NCBI GenBank assembly: GCA_963803145.1
Contig: CAWDLW010000015.1
Coordinates: 192,001-256,000, forward strand
DNA from: Methanotrichaceae archaeon
GTDB taxonomy: Archaea > Halobacteriota > Methanosarcinia > Methanotrichales > Methanotrichaceae
DNA: 64,000 nt
Direction of reading: 5' to 3'
The translations under genes were made by a program, and so were the position numbers. How positions within the stretch are numbered: the stretch's first letter is position 1; each line of letters starts with the position of its first letter. Below the pieces are notes generated by a model. The model saw nothing but the letters and a program-made list of their open reading frames with translations, was not told where the DNA came from and made no database searches. Below, one piece after another: positions 19,401 through 27,632 of this stretch.

Positions 19401-21801
19401 CTTCAGGCTGCTCAAGCTGTATATTCCAACCTCCAAGACCTGGCTCGCCTGCATCCCTTAGTCCATTGCCATTTTTATCATAGAATTTAGTCCCATTGAT
19501 GGCCCTTATTCCCTGGTTGCCGAAATCGATCTTCCCTACATTTCTATCAGAGAGAACTGCTTTATGAACCCCTCCGGCGGGATACGTAGCTGTCCAACCG
19601 GTCATATTTCCCTCGCTAACCTCATAGGTTCCAGGCTCAAGGTTCTCGAACTTATACTCGCCCTTCGAATCAGTGAAAGTCTTCTCCTGAGTGCCCCCAG
19701 GTCTTGTTAGAATAATGGGCCACTGCTCCATTCCGGGCTCATCTTTATCTCTGACTTTGCTGCCATTTCTATCGTTGAATTTTGTTCCGTTAATGGAAAG
19801 AGCACCACGGTTGCCGAAATCTAGATCATCTTTGTCATCTGCCTGGAGGGTTATCTTGTAGGATCCCGATTTGGGGGCGGTCTGGACCCAACCCACTTTT
19901 AGCTCCTCGGTAAGAGTATACTCTCCGGGCTCAAGTTCATCGAACTCATACCATCCACCAGGATCGGTATTTGTTCCATACTCTCCCACTGGCCCTTTGA
20001 TCTTTATCTTCCAGTCGCTCATCCCAGGTTCATTTGAAAGCTCTTCGGGAAGAAGGCCGCCCAGCGAGCGACGGTCCCAAGAGCCATCGCCATTTGTATC
20101 GTTGAACTTTACACCTGAAAGGCTGAGATCGCCTGAAAAGCCGAAGTCCGCTTTGCCTGATTGGTTCTTTAACGAAAGGGTTACCGGGTTGGAGGTTCTT
20201 TCTTTCCATCCCTTCTGTTTGATAACAGTCGCCTTATATGTTCCAGGGTCGAGGTTATTGAACTCGTACTTGCCATTGGGGCCCGTTGTGGTTGTAGTGA
20301 CATTGCCATCAGACTTAGTGAGATTTACACTCCATCCGGAGAGGCCCAGGCCATTCATTATCGTTCCATTATGATACCTATCGTTATACACTGTGCCGTT
20401 GACCTTGAGGTTCTTCGAGTTGCTGGCCTGGCTCCCGAACAGGATATCCTGAACGTCCGATTCCTTCAAGGTAATATCAGCGAAACCTGCAACCGGCAAG
20501 GTCATTGTCCAGCCATCTGGCTTGTCTATTGTCACTCTATAGGTGCCGGGCTCCAGATGTTCGAACTTAAAGGACCCGTCTCCCTTGGTTTTATCTGAGT
20601 TCTCAGAGCCATCTGGCCTTCCCAGCTTTATGGTCCAGCCTTCCAGGTAGTTCTCATCATCCTCTTTTGTGCCGTTGCCATTGGCATCGTTGAAAAGAGC
20701 GCCTGATATGGTGAGGCTCCCACGATTTCCGAAATTCAAGTTTGCGATGTCTTCCGTCCTTATTTGGACCTGGTGTGAGCCAGAAGCTGGCGAGATCTGC
20801 TCCCAGCCCTTTACGGATTCTTCGCTGATCTCATAGTGATCAGGAGGGAGGTTTTCGAAGAGGTAGAACCCATCAGATTTTGTGGTAGCAGTCTCAGTGC
20901 TGCCGTCTGGTTTGGTCAGCTTGATGGTCCAGCTCCCTACGCCCGTCTCATCTCCATCCCACTGTCCATTGCCGTTTTTATCATTGAACTTGAACCCAGA
21001 TATCGTATGAGGCTGGTTGGCCCCGGGCATGTTTCCAAAATCCAGGCCTGATATATCCTTATCCTTTATCGAAATATCATAGCCCTCAGTCGCTGGCATC
21101 GTCTGCTTCCAGCCATCCTTCCCTATCTCTTTGACTTTGTAATCTCCTGGATTGAGGCCGCTGAACTTATAAGTTCCATCCGGGTTGGTGTAAGCCGTAT
21201 CATAGCCATCGGGCTTGAATAGTCGAATGCCCCAGTTGGCCAGCCCATCCTCACCGTTCTCTTTTGTTCCATTGCCATTTGAGTCGTTGAACATCAGGCC
21301 AGAGATCGAATATGTCTTATTGGCGGCTGCAGAGCTCTGTTCTGAACCCGTCTTTGATCCTGGTTTTGCGTTTATGTTGACGCAGCTGAAGGAGTTCCAG
21401 GAATTCCAGGCGGACATACTGCCGTTGCCTATCTTAGACGAGCATGCTGCACAAACCTCGCGAGGGGTGTTATATGGGCCGGAGTAATAATCGATCGAAT
21501 ATCCAAATGTTCCGCCGCTGCCATCTGGCAGCAATATCCCTCCTTTATCATCCGGATGATTGGGGAAAAGGAAAAGCCAGTCATCCTTCACGGGGCCATC
21601 AATTGTTCCATGTCCAGTGGCATGCAGCAGGTACTGTGGACTGCCAAAAGGCTTATCCATGATCGAATTTTGATCTGAGGAATTAGCTGTCGACTGGGAA
21701 ATCGATGGCTGAATCAGAATAAAGGCTAGAAGAAGAATAACTGAAATAGAAGAAACAAACCTAAAAGATGAAGATTTACTCGTTACGACTGCTGACTTCA
21801 T
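16471..21801 (-). CDS. Large secreted surface protein with 16 SdrD-B/Cna-B-like repeats
   Basis: 16 copies of (S/T)ISGxKFxDxNGNG...EPGLxGWxIxL...GxYxFxxLxPGxYxVxE...DFGN; signal peptide; GGAG before ATG 21801 (ORF track 21879). Confidence 0.9.
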   Translation of the reverse strand: MKSAVVTSKSSSFRFVSSISVILLLAFILIQPSISQSTANSSDQNSIMDKPFGSPQYLLHATGHGTIDGPVKDDWLFLFPNHPDDKGGILLPDGSGGTFGYSIDYYSGPYNTPREVCAACSSKIGNGSMSAWNSWNSFSCVNINAKPGSKTGSEQSSAAANKTYSISGLMFNDSNGNGTKENGEDGLANWGIRLFKPDGYDTAYTNPDGTYKFSGLNPGDYKVKEIGKDGWKQTMPATEGYDISIKDKDISGLDFGNMPGANQPHTISGFKFNDKNGNGQWDGDETGVGSWTIKLTKPDGSTETATTKSDGFYLFENLPPDHYEISEESVKGWEQISPASGSHQVQIRTEDIANLNFGNRGSLTISGALFNDANGNGTKEDDENYLEGWTIKLGRPDGSENSDKTKGDGSFKFEHLEPGTYRVTIDKPDGWTMTLPVAGFADITLKESDVQDILFGSQASNSKNLKVNGTVYNDRYHNGTIMNGLGLSGWSVNLTKSDGNVTTTTTGPNGKYEFNNLDPGTYKATVIKQKGWKERTSNPVTLSLKNQSGKADFGFSGDLSLSGVKFNDTNGDGSWDRRSLGGLLPEELSNEPGMSDWKIKIKGPVGEYGTNTDPGGWYEFDELEPGEYTLTEELKVGWVQTAPKSGSYKITLQADDKDDLDFGNRGALSINGTKFNDRNGSKVRDKDEPGMEQWPIILTRPGGTQEKTFTDSKGEYKFENLEPGTYEVSEGNMTGWTATYPAGGVHKAVLSDRNVGKIDFGNQGIRAINGTKFYDKNGNGLRDAGEPGLGGWNIQLEQPEGNVVAKTTTSPGGLSGSPNGTYSFTKLAPGKYVVREEAKPGWKPVKPDNGIQYVDLDPNTNSEGIDFANMGALSISGMKFNDSNGDGIKGYYEEGLGNWTIILEQPEGSEIARTVTGSDGSYSFKDLQPGVYWVREAQKYPWTQTAPSKGSGAQRVELKDYDATGIDFGNRIEISGGEGDKSISGMKFYDLNADGVKDEREPGLEGFTIRLTKPDGTTVDATTGLDGSYGFSKLKPGTYTVSEVLQPGWIPTVPAGGVRVVVITDADSVVGGVDFGNIGTMTISGAKFDDANGNKVFDPGELGLPGWVVYLEYPPGNLLSTAITGPGGAYSFANLGPGAYYVKEILQQGWAQTAPAGGYHRIELKAADTGITGIDFGNRGIRKISGIKFDDRNGNGVLDPGERGLSGWTINLQAPAGGIIATTITGSDGTYKFENLEPWTFNLTEVLIPGWTQTAPVGGIRTVNLSLADARNVDFGNRGALTISGTKFNDRNGNRVRDPGEPGLSGWVINLEQPSGQVIARNITSASGAYSFSFLPPGRYTVREVQKPGWRVTAPRSRVWSVTLTMSDASGLDFGNRGILSISGFKFNDTNGNGIKEKDEKGMPGWTIHLLQAGTVLATNTTNKTGVYFFGNLQPGTYNLSEEQQIGWSQTAPIEKAYGAALSLANSSIDFGNRGALSISGTEFNDANGNGRIEAGEVGLSGWIINLERPLGKIIAEATTNKDGAYNFTNLTPGRYFISQIPKPGWARTAPISSPLSINLTRYNASSINFGNRGIRAISGIKFNDTNGNGIKESTEKGLGGWEIRLQMQNGTFNATNLTKSDGSYSIIHLSPGIYNLTEEQRHGWTRTLPRAEFRLINLTGGNASGMDFGNRWALSISGAMFNDTNGDGVWSSEERGLAGWTIQLETAAAKVLATNTTGKEGKYIFPYLTPGEYNIREVLKPGWNQTAPKGGMLSVNLSADSITDLNFGVEKQSMK

Positions 21802-22087
21802 ATTTTCTCCAACATTGTTTATCCAGCCAAATTGGATGCTATATTTACTAGTGATAGCATTCAAGCCATAATCATCCATATTCCCTCACCACCATCGCTT
21901 TAGTGCTTAGCGCCAGGCCTTTTAATATTCAAGATATCACCTTTCGATAGATAAACTTAAGGGGTTTAATGGAAAGTCAGCCTGCCAAGGCGTTGGAGCG
22001 CGGCAGAAGGCAGTTAGGGCAGCTCTGGAACGCTATTTCTCAAGTAAACGATCCTCTCTGCACATATTATATTTATTCGAGAATTAA

Positions 22088-23062
22088 TCAGGCCCAAGTC
22101 ACCTCTACATCATCCGTCCTATACCCCGGCCTTACATGAGACAGCTCGATCGGCGTTGTCACTCCGCTCTTCAGCATTATCAGCCCCGTAAAAGCGATCA
22201 TCGAGCCGTTATCGCCCATGAATTTCCTATCCGGCAGATAGAACTCGGCTCCACGCTCCTCGCACATTATGTTCAGCATCTGGCCTAACCTCTTGTTCGC
22301 CCCAACGCCGCCCACAAGCATTGCCTCCTTCTTCTCTGCATGGGCCATCGCCCTCTCTGTCACCTCGACAAGCATTGCAAAGGCGGTCTCCTGAAGACTG
22401 TAGCAGACATCCGCCAAGTCATTTTTTTTCGCAGCCTCTGTGGCAGCTGTAGACATACCTGAGAAAGATAGATCCATGCCCTTCACAGTGTAAGGAAAGG
22501 GTATGTAGCGTTTGGCGCCCAAAGCCTGCTCCTCGACCTTTGGTCCGCCCGGGTGAGAAAGCCCTACTGAGCGAGCGAACTTATCTATCGCATTTCCTAT
22601 GCTGATATCCAGTGTTTCGCCGAAGATCCTATATCTGCCCTGGCGCAGAGCAAGCACCTGTGAGTTCGCGCCACTGACATAAATCACCACAGGGTCCTCT
22701 GCCCCGCTCTGCCATTTGCCAACCTCGATATGCGCTATGCAATGGTTCACTCCTACTAAGGGCAGCCTGAACCTGAGAGATAGAACACGCGCCGCCGTTG
22801 CCACAGTCCTGAGGCACGGCCCAAGCCCAGGACCCTGGGAGAATGCTATAGCATCTATCTTTAGATCATCCTCTCTGGCCTTCGCCAGAACAGCACCAAC
22901 AACCTCAGCCATATGCTCTGCATGATGCTGGGATGCCTCCCTAGGATGGATGCCTCCTTTGGCCGGCACATACGTTGCGCTCTTTTCGAAGATCACTTCT
23001 TTTTCGTTTACCATGGCAGCGCTGAGATTCCAGGCTGTGCCTTCAAGACCGAATACTATCAT
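22088..23062 (-). CDS. kae1: tRNA N6-threonylcarbamoyladenosine synthase Kae1
   Basis: GLEGTAW, GGIHPREA, SQGPGLGPCL, VNHCIAHIEVG, GETLD, DNG. Confidence 0.96.
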   Translation of the reverse strand: MIVFGLEGTAWNLSAAMVNEKEVIFEKSATYVPAKGGIHPREASQHHAEHMAEVVGAVLAKAREDDLKIDAIAFSQGPGLGPCLRTVATAARVLSLRFRLPLVGVNHCIAHIEVGKWQSGAEDPVVIYVSGANSQVLALRQGRYRIFGETLDISIGNAIDKFARSVGLSHPGGPKVEEQALGAKRYIPFPYTVKGMDLSFSGMSTAATEAAKKNDLADVCYSLQETAFAMLVEVTERAMAHAEKKEAMLVGGVGANKRLGQMLNIMCEERGAEFYLPDRKFMGDNGSMIAFTGLIMLKSGVTTPIELSHVRPGYRTDDVEVTWA

Positions 23063-23077
23063 TACTATAGCTACTCC

Positions 23078-24496
23078 TCAGATATATCCAAGGCCGATGT
23101 CTTTTCTGTAACGCATTCCATTGAATCTGATCCTTTTGAGGTTATCATAAGCCTTCGTTCTGGCATCTGCGAGCGTTTCACTGCATGCAACCAATGTCAG
23201 CACACGCCCTCCAGTCGTGTAGAGCTTGCGTTTTCCCTGCGCATCAGTTCCTAAGGCAGTCCCATTATGATAGACCAGAATACCAGGATCGACATTATCA
23301 AGGTCTGAGATAGGCATATTTGTATAATGCTCTCCCGGGTATCCTGGGCGCTCCTCAGAACCGCTGGACAACGACTTGATAGCCCTTCCCGAAACTGCGC
23401 ATACTCCAAGGCAATAATCTTTGGACCACTCCAAGTTCATCTGATCCAACCTCCTATCAAGCATCGCCTCGGACAACTGGTAGAAATCGGTTTTCAGCCT
23501 CGGAAGGATGACCTCAGCCTCAGGGTCTCCAAGTCTAACATTAATCTCAAGCACATACGGGTCCTTATCTTCAGATACCATCAGTCCGAAGTATATCACG
23601 CCCACGTATTCAGTGCCCGTTGCCTCTTTAAACCCCTTTACCGTCGGTATCGCTATCCTGTTCATTATCTTCTCAGTCAGCTCATTATCCAGCCAGGGGT
23701 GTGGCGAGAATCCGCCCATTCCGCCAGTGTTCGGGTTGTTATCCAGATTTGGGTTGCCCGATAGCTTATTAAAAAGACGTATTGCTACTTTTTCGTCCAT
23801 TGAAAAAGCCTGTTTGTAATCCAAAGCAGATTCCAGCGGAAGAACTGTTTGACCGTCGCTGCAGCCAAAGAACATCAGCTCGCGCCCATGCAGCTTCTGC
23901 TCAATTTCTATTCTATTCCCAGCATTTCCGAAAAGCTTGGGGCTTACCATTATCCGGTCTATCGTAGAAAGGGTTTCATTTAGGGAGTCGCAAACAACCG
24001 AGCCTTTTCCTGCTGCGAGGCCGTCAGCCTTCACAACAAGGCCGCTTTCAGGATTTTCGGCATAGGATTGTCGTGCATATTCCTTTGCCTCCTCCGGATC
24101 GGAGAAATTCTGGCATGGTGGTACTGGAACATTCAAGCGTTTGAGAAGATCCTTTGTGTAGCACTTGCTGCCCTCTAGGATGGCAGCTTCACGTCTCGGG
24201 CCGACTATTCTCTGCCCGTCCTCCTGAAAAATATTAACTATTCCATCTGATAGATAGCCCTCAGGCCCTACAAATGTCAGATCTATTCCCTCGCTTTTTG
24301 CGAAGTTCAACAGCTCGGGGATGGACTTAAGCTGCCTGCCATCCTTTACGGCAAGGCAACATTTTTCAATCATCTCACTGCCAGCATTGCCTGGAGCAAC
24401 ATACACCCTTTCTACGATTGCGCTCCTGGCGAAGGCATGAGCTACAGCGTTCCCCCTGCCACCAGCATCAACCACCAGAACCTTTGCACCGCACAT
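23078..24496 (-). CDS. purD: Phosphoribosylamine--glycine ligase
   Basis: VVKADGLAAGKG, PNTGGMG, LEINVRLGDPE, GGRVL; ATG at 24496 preferred over 24613. Confidence 0.95.
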   Translation of the reverse strand: MCGAKVLVVDAGGRGNAVAHAFARSAIVERVYVAPGNAGSEMIEKCCLAVKDGRQLKSIPELLNFAKSEGIDLTFVGPEGYLSDGIVNIFQEDGQRIVGPRREAAILEGSKCYTKDLLKRLNVPVPPCQNFSDPEEAKEYARQSYAENPESGLVVKADGLAAGKGSVVCDSLNETLSTIDRIMVSPKLFGNAGNRIEIEQKLHGRELMFFGCSDGQTVLPLESALDYKQAFSMDEKVAIRLFNKLSGNPNLDNNPNTGGMGGFSPHPWLDNELTEKIMNRIAIPTVKGFKEATGTEYVGVIYFGLMVSEDKDPYVLEINVRLGDPEAEVILPRLKTDFYQLSEAMLDRRLDQMNLEWSKDYCLGVCAVSGRAIKSLSSGSEERPGYPGEHYTNMPISDLDNVDPGILVYHNGTALGTDAQGKRKLYTTGGRVLTLVACSETLADARTKAYDNLKRIRFNGMRYRKDIGLGYI

Positions 24497-24639
24497 ATAC
24501 GAGATCGAATGGATAACCTCTAGATAAGCATATTTGCTGAATATATTTGCGAAACAACACTCTGGAATCGGAGATTGCGATCTGATCGGGGATTCTAAAG
24601 GTGAGAGTACCACGTTACCTAAGGGGCTGATTAGGCATA

Positions 24640-25047
24640 TACTCCCATAACTCCCAGAAGAATCTGCTCAGCACGATCCAAGGGATAAACATCTATCTCA
24701 TTGGATTACAGTTCACGGACATTCAGGCATAGTAAAGAAACTTGCAATATCCCTCAATCCTGCTTGTGAAGGCATTGAAGAGCGGCATATCCTTAGACGG
24801 ATCACCAATCGATGGCTGCCTGGAATTCAGAAACCACGCGCGATCCTGCGCCCTGATGTATCTACATTCATCCTCCTTCCATGGAAATCTAAGTACGGCG
24901 CGAACAAAGCCAGGTTCACCTGTGAGGTCCGCCGCTTTAATGGCAAGCCCCTCATACCGATCCCAGGAATACTCAAACGCCAGCTAGATCAGGCCAAAGA
25001 GATGGGCTATGCAATGAACGTCAGCCCCGAGATTGAATTCTTCTATA
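24640..25047 (+). pseudogene. glnA: Degraded 5' fragment of glutamine synthetase I
   Basis: Pieces across shifting frames: LQFTDIQ, GISLDGSPIDG, ILRPDVSTFILLPW, KARFTCEV..NGKP, ILKRQLDQAKEMGYAMNVSPEIEFF; truncated thereafter. Confidence 0.8.
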
Positions 25048-25107
25048 ATGGGCATCCGCATTGGCCGCCCGAAATGTATATATCCAGCATCGACGTTGGA
25101 GCGTTCC

Positions 25108-25181
25108 GGGCCGGTAGCTTAGTCAGGTAGAGCGAAAGGCTCTTAACCTTTAGGTCGGGGGTTCAAATCCCTCTCGGCCCG
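25108..25181 (+). tRNA. tRNA-Lys(CTT)
   Basis: GGGCCGG acceptor stem, AAAGG-CT CTT AA-CCTTT anticodon arm, GGTTCAAATCC T arm. Confidence 0.96.
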
Positions 25182-25190
25182 CTTTAATTT

Positions 25191-25395
25191 GGGGCTGTGG
25201 CCTAGCCAGGTAGGGCGACGGGCTCCAGCGGTATATTTGATGATGAGCAACGGGTCTACTGAGGCCTCTCGACGGGGAGGCTGTTGATGATCCGTTGGAG
25301 CACTGAAATGGGTTGTTACCAGCCATCGTTTTCCGGCTGAACACTTCAGTATCGGAGAGACCCGTCGATCGTGCGTTCGAATCGCACCAGCCCCA
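25191..25395 (+). tRNA. tRNA-Trp(CCA) with a 131-nt intron (25229-25359)
   Basis: GGGGCTG/CAGCCCC acceptor stem, ACGGG/CCCGT anticodon stem, BHB (CTCC/GGAG helix, AGC and AGA bulges) at 37/38. Confidence 0.95.
25229..25359 (+). ncRNA. tRNA-Trp intron-encoded box C/D guide RNA (predicted Cm34, Cm39)
   Basis: C box ATGATGA 25240, D' CTGA 25259, C' TTGATGA 25284, D CTGA 25303; guides ACGGGTCT and CCGTTGGAGC pair with the pre-tRNA. Confidence 0.9.
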
Positions 25396-25432
25396 CGTCT
25401 TCTACATCCGCAGAGATTAAATATACTCGAAC

Positions 25433-25765
25433 ATGCTCTTCACTCCTATGGACGCGGAGATGTATCGTAATATCCTAACCATGTGCTGGTCTATCAAAGA
25501 GGTTAACAAGAACCTCAGCGATAGAAGGTCCACAGTTGATTACTCGATAAAGTATCTGAAGAGCGCATGCTCAAACCTGGCAGGCATGCTAAGGCAAGTT
25601 GATAAGTCCGCCCCGAACGAGGCTATTGATGTTGTAGGCAGCAATGGCCAGAAAATGACCTTCACGCTAAAGGAGGTCGCGGATATGCTTTATGATGCTA
25701 AAAAGATCATAGAGCTGAATTTGATAAATAATATCGACTACTGGGCGAAAGCACATGTAGATTAG
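25433..25765 (+). CDS. Hypothetical protein
   Basis: 110-aa ORF with globular composition directly after the tRNAs. Confidence 0.6.
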   Translation: MLFTPMDAEMYRNILTMCWSIKEVNKNLSDRRSTVDYSIKYLKSACSNLAGMLRQVDKSAPNEAIDVVGSNGQKMTFTLKEVADMLYDAKKIIELNLINNIDYWAKAHVD

Positions 25766-26036
25766 ATGAAGCAAAAAAATCGGCCTGTAACTAGTTATAA
25801 ACTACTTGTAAGCTCCTGCTGAATTATCCCGCGCATCAGCAGCACTATAATTACTATTTTTCATGTAACGCCTCAGAACTCATAGGGCTCATCATAGTTT
25901 CAGAGAGATTTCATCATCATCGGCGTTATGATAAGTTGATAAAGGAATTCTAATGGATCTTCTTAGGATCTTTGAGAGACAGTTAGTAATCGAATGAATA
26001 GCCCCATACAAACAACGTCGAGGCTATTTAGGAGAC

Positions 26037-26435
26037 CTAAGGGCTGAATAATTTTTGAACAACAAGCAGAAGTGCGTCTTTGGAGATAGGCTTGACGAGA
26101 TATGTGCTTGCTCCTAGATCATAGCTTCTTTGGATATCATCATCTATGTTGGAGCCTGTAAGCATAATGATGGGTATGTGACTGAAGCGCATATCCTTCT
26201 TGATCTTTGTCAGAAGCTCTATGCCGCTTATATCTGGTAGATTGATATCTAAAAGTATGATATTTGGCATCTTTCCTTCTGTAGCCAGGCGCGTCAAAGC
26301 ACTCATAGCCTCTTTGCCGTCGACTGCAATAACTAGACCTTTATCAAGCCTATTATATCTGAGAACCCGTCTCGTGAAGGCCACATCTTCAGGATTATCC
26401 TCCACCAACAGGATCCTTAAATCTTGAGGTTCCAT
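26037..26435 (-). CDS. Single-domain response regulator (Rcp1/CheY-like)
   Basis: ILLVEDN, LLDINLP, LTGS, YLVKP. Confidence 0.92.
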   Translation of the reverse strand: MEPQDLRILLVEDNPEDVAFTRRVLRYNRLDKGLVIAVDGKEAMSALTRLATEGKMPNIILLDINLPDISGIELLTKIKKDMRFSHIPIIMLTGSNIDDDIQRSYDLGASTYLVKPISKDALLLVVQKLFSP

Positions 26436-26578
26436 TCATCCACCCAAACTCTAAATCCAGCCCTTATAGCCAAGGATAACCTACCCGCAAAAATAGTTTT
26501 CCCATTAATTATAGTCATCGACAATCTATCAGTTTTCTCCATATTATATAATCCCCCCACCATAATTCGGAATTAGGG

Positions 26579-27490
26579 CTACAGAAGCTTATTTGGCACT
26601 CTGCCGCTGGATAGAAGGACGACCCTGCTAAGAGGGACTTCCCCGGCCAGCTCGTAGCCCATAGCGCTACCCAGCCTTTCAGCAAAGTTGAGTATCTCAG
26701 AATGCTCGGGCATCGCGTCTCTGCTTAATCTGAGCCTAGATTTGCCGAGATGCATATAAGCCTTGACCTCGACGAAGTCCGGATTACTTGACTCAAGGAG
26801 TTTGGCATATCTCTCTGGATCATGCATATTCATGCCCCTTGCCATGGTCATTCTTATAACCGTCCTGCATCTGTGATCCCCAATTATCGAGAGACTTTGA
26901 ATTATCTTGCCCCAAAGATCACCAGTCGGATTGGATACCTTTCTATAAAGCTCCTCATCAGGCGCGTTTAAACTGAGATAGAGCTGTGTAGGCTCTAGAC
27001 CCTCAAGGACTTCAGGCTTTGTGCCATTTGTGACAAGGAAGGATGTCATATCCTTTTTCTTGATCTCATTTATCAGTTCTTGGAGATAGGGATATAACGT
27101 CGGCTCACCCATAAGCGATATTGCGACGTGCGCAGGTCTCCCGGCCTCATTAAGCCTAGCCAGGTCAGTCGTTTTTGAGCCTTTGTATCCCGAAAGAATC
27201 CTGTTCTGTCCCTTGAGGATTCCATCCAAGAGCTCCTTCGGCCCTGTCGGCGCCAATATTGGCAGAGGGCCATCTATCGGCCTCCAGCAATGAAGGCAAA
27301 GGTGATTACACTTCAGTGTGGGAGTCATCTGGACGCAGCGGTGGCTTGATATTCCATAGAAGTGATGCTTGTAGCATTGGTCGCCGCCTCGAAGGCTGCG
27401 ATTCAGCCAGAGGCAGGACTTGACCGCGCCTTCGCCGACCAGATGGTATCCCTGTTTTGATAATGCCTGTTCAGCAGTAAGCTGACCCAT
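26579..27490 (-). CDS. taw1: 4-demethylwyosine synthase Taw1/TYW1 (radical SAM)
   Basis: VKSCLW, CYKHHFYGISSHRCVQMTP, CNHLCLHCWR, AISLMGEPTLY, VEVKAYMHLG. Confidence 0.95.
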   Translation of the reverse strand: MGQLTAEQALSKQGYHLVGEGAVKSCLWLNRSLRGGDQCYKHHFYGISSHRCVQMTPTLKCNHLCLHCWRPIDGPLPILAPTGPKELLDGILKGQNRILSGYKGSKTTDLARLNEAGRPAHVAISLMGEPTLYPYLQELINEIKKKDMTSFLVTNGTKPEVLEGLEPTQLYLSLNAPDEELYRKVSNPTGDLWGKIIQSLSIIGDHRCRTVIRMTMARGMNMHDPERYAKLLESSNPDFVEVKAYMHLGKSRLRLSRDAMPEHSEILNFAERLGSAMGYELAGEVPLSRVVLLSSGRVPNKLL

Positions 27491-27632
27491 GATAGTGAAA
27501 TAGTATTCTCGGGTAAATAGTTATTTCAAATCTCAGAATAGCTGTTTATTGTCCTGCCTCCCATAACCCTTGCCAGGATCATGGATCAAGCAATACAAAA
27601 TGATAAATCCTTGGGCAGCCCCCAGTGAAAGG

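Noticed and set aside
21990-22033. Intergenic hairpin sharing GCGGCAGAAGG with the 54822 element
   Set aside because: An 11-mer match is expected by chance in 64 kb, and the flanks do not align
25150-25344. ORF-track peptides at 25150-25344 and 28954-29238
   Set aside because: Antisense to tRNA genes
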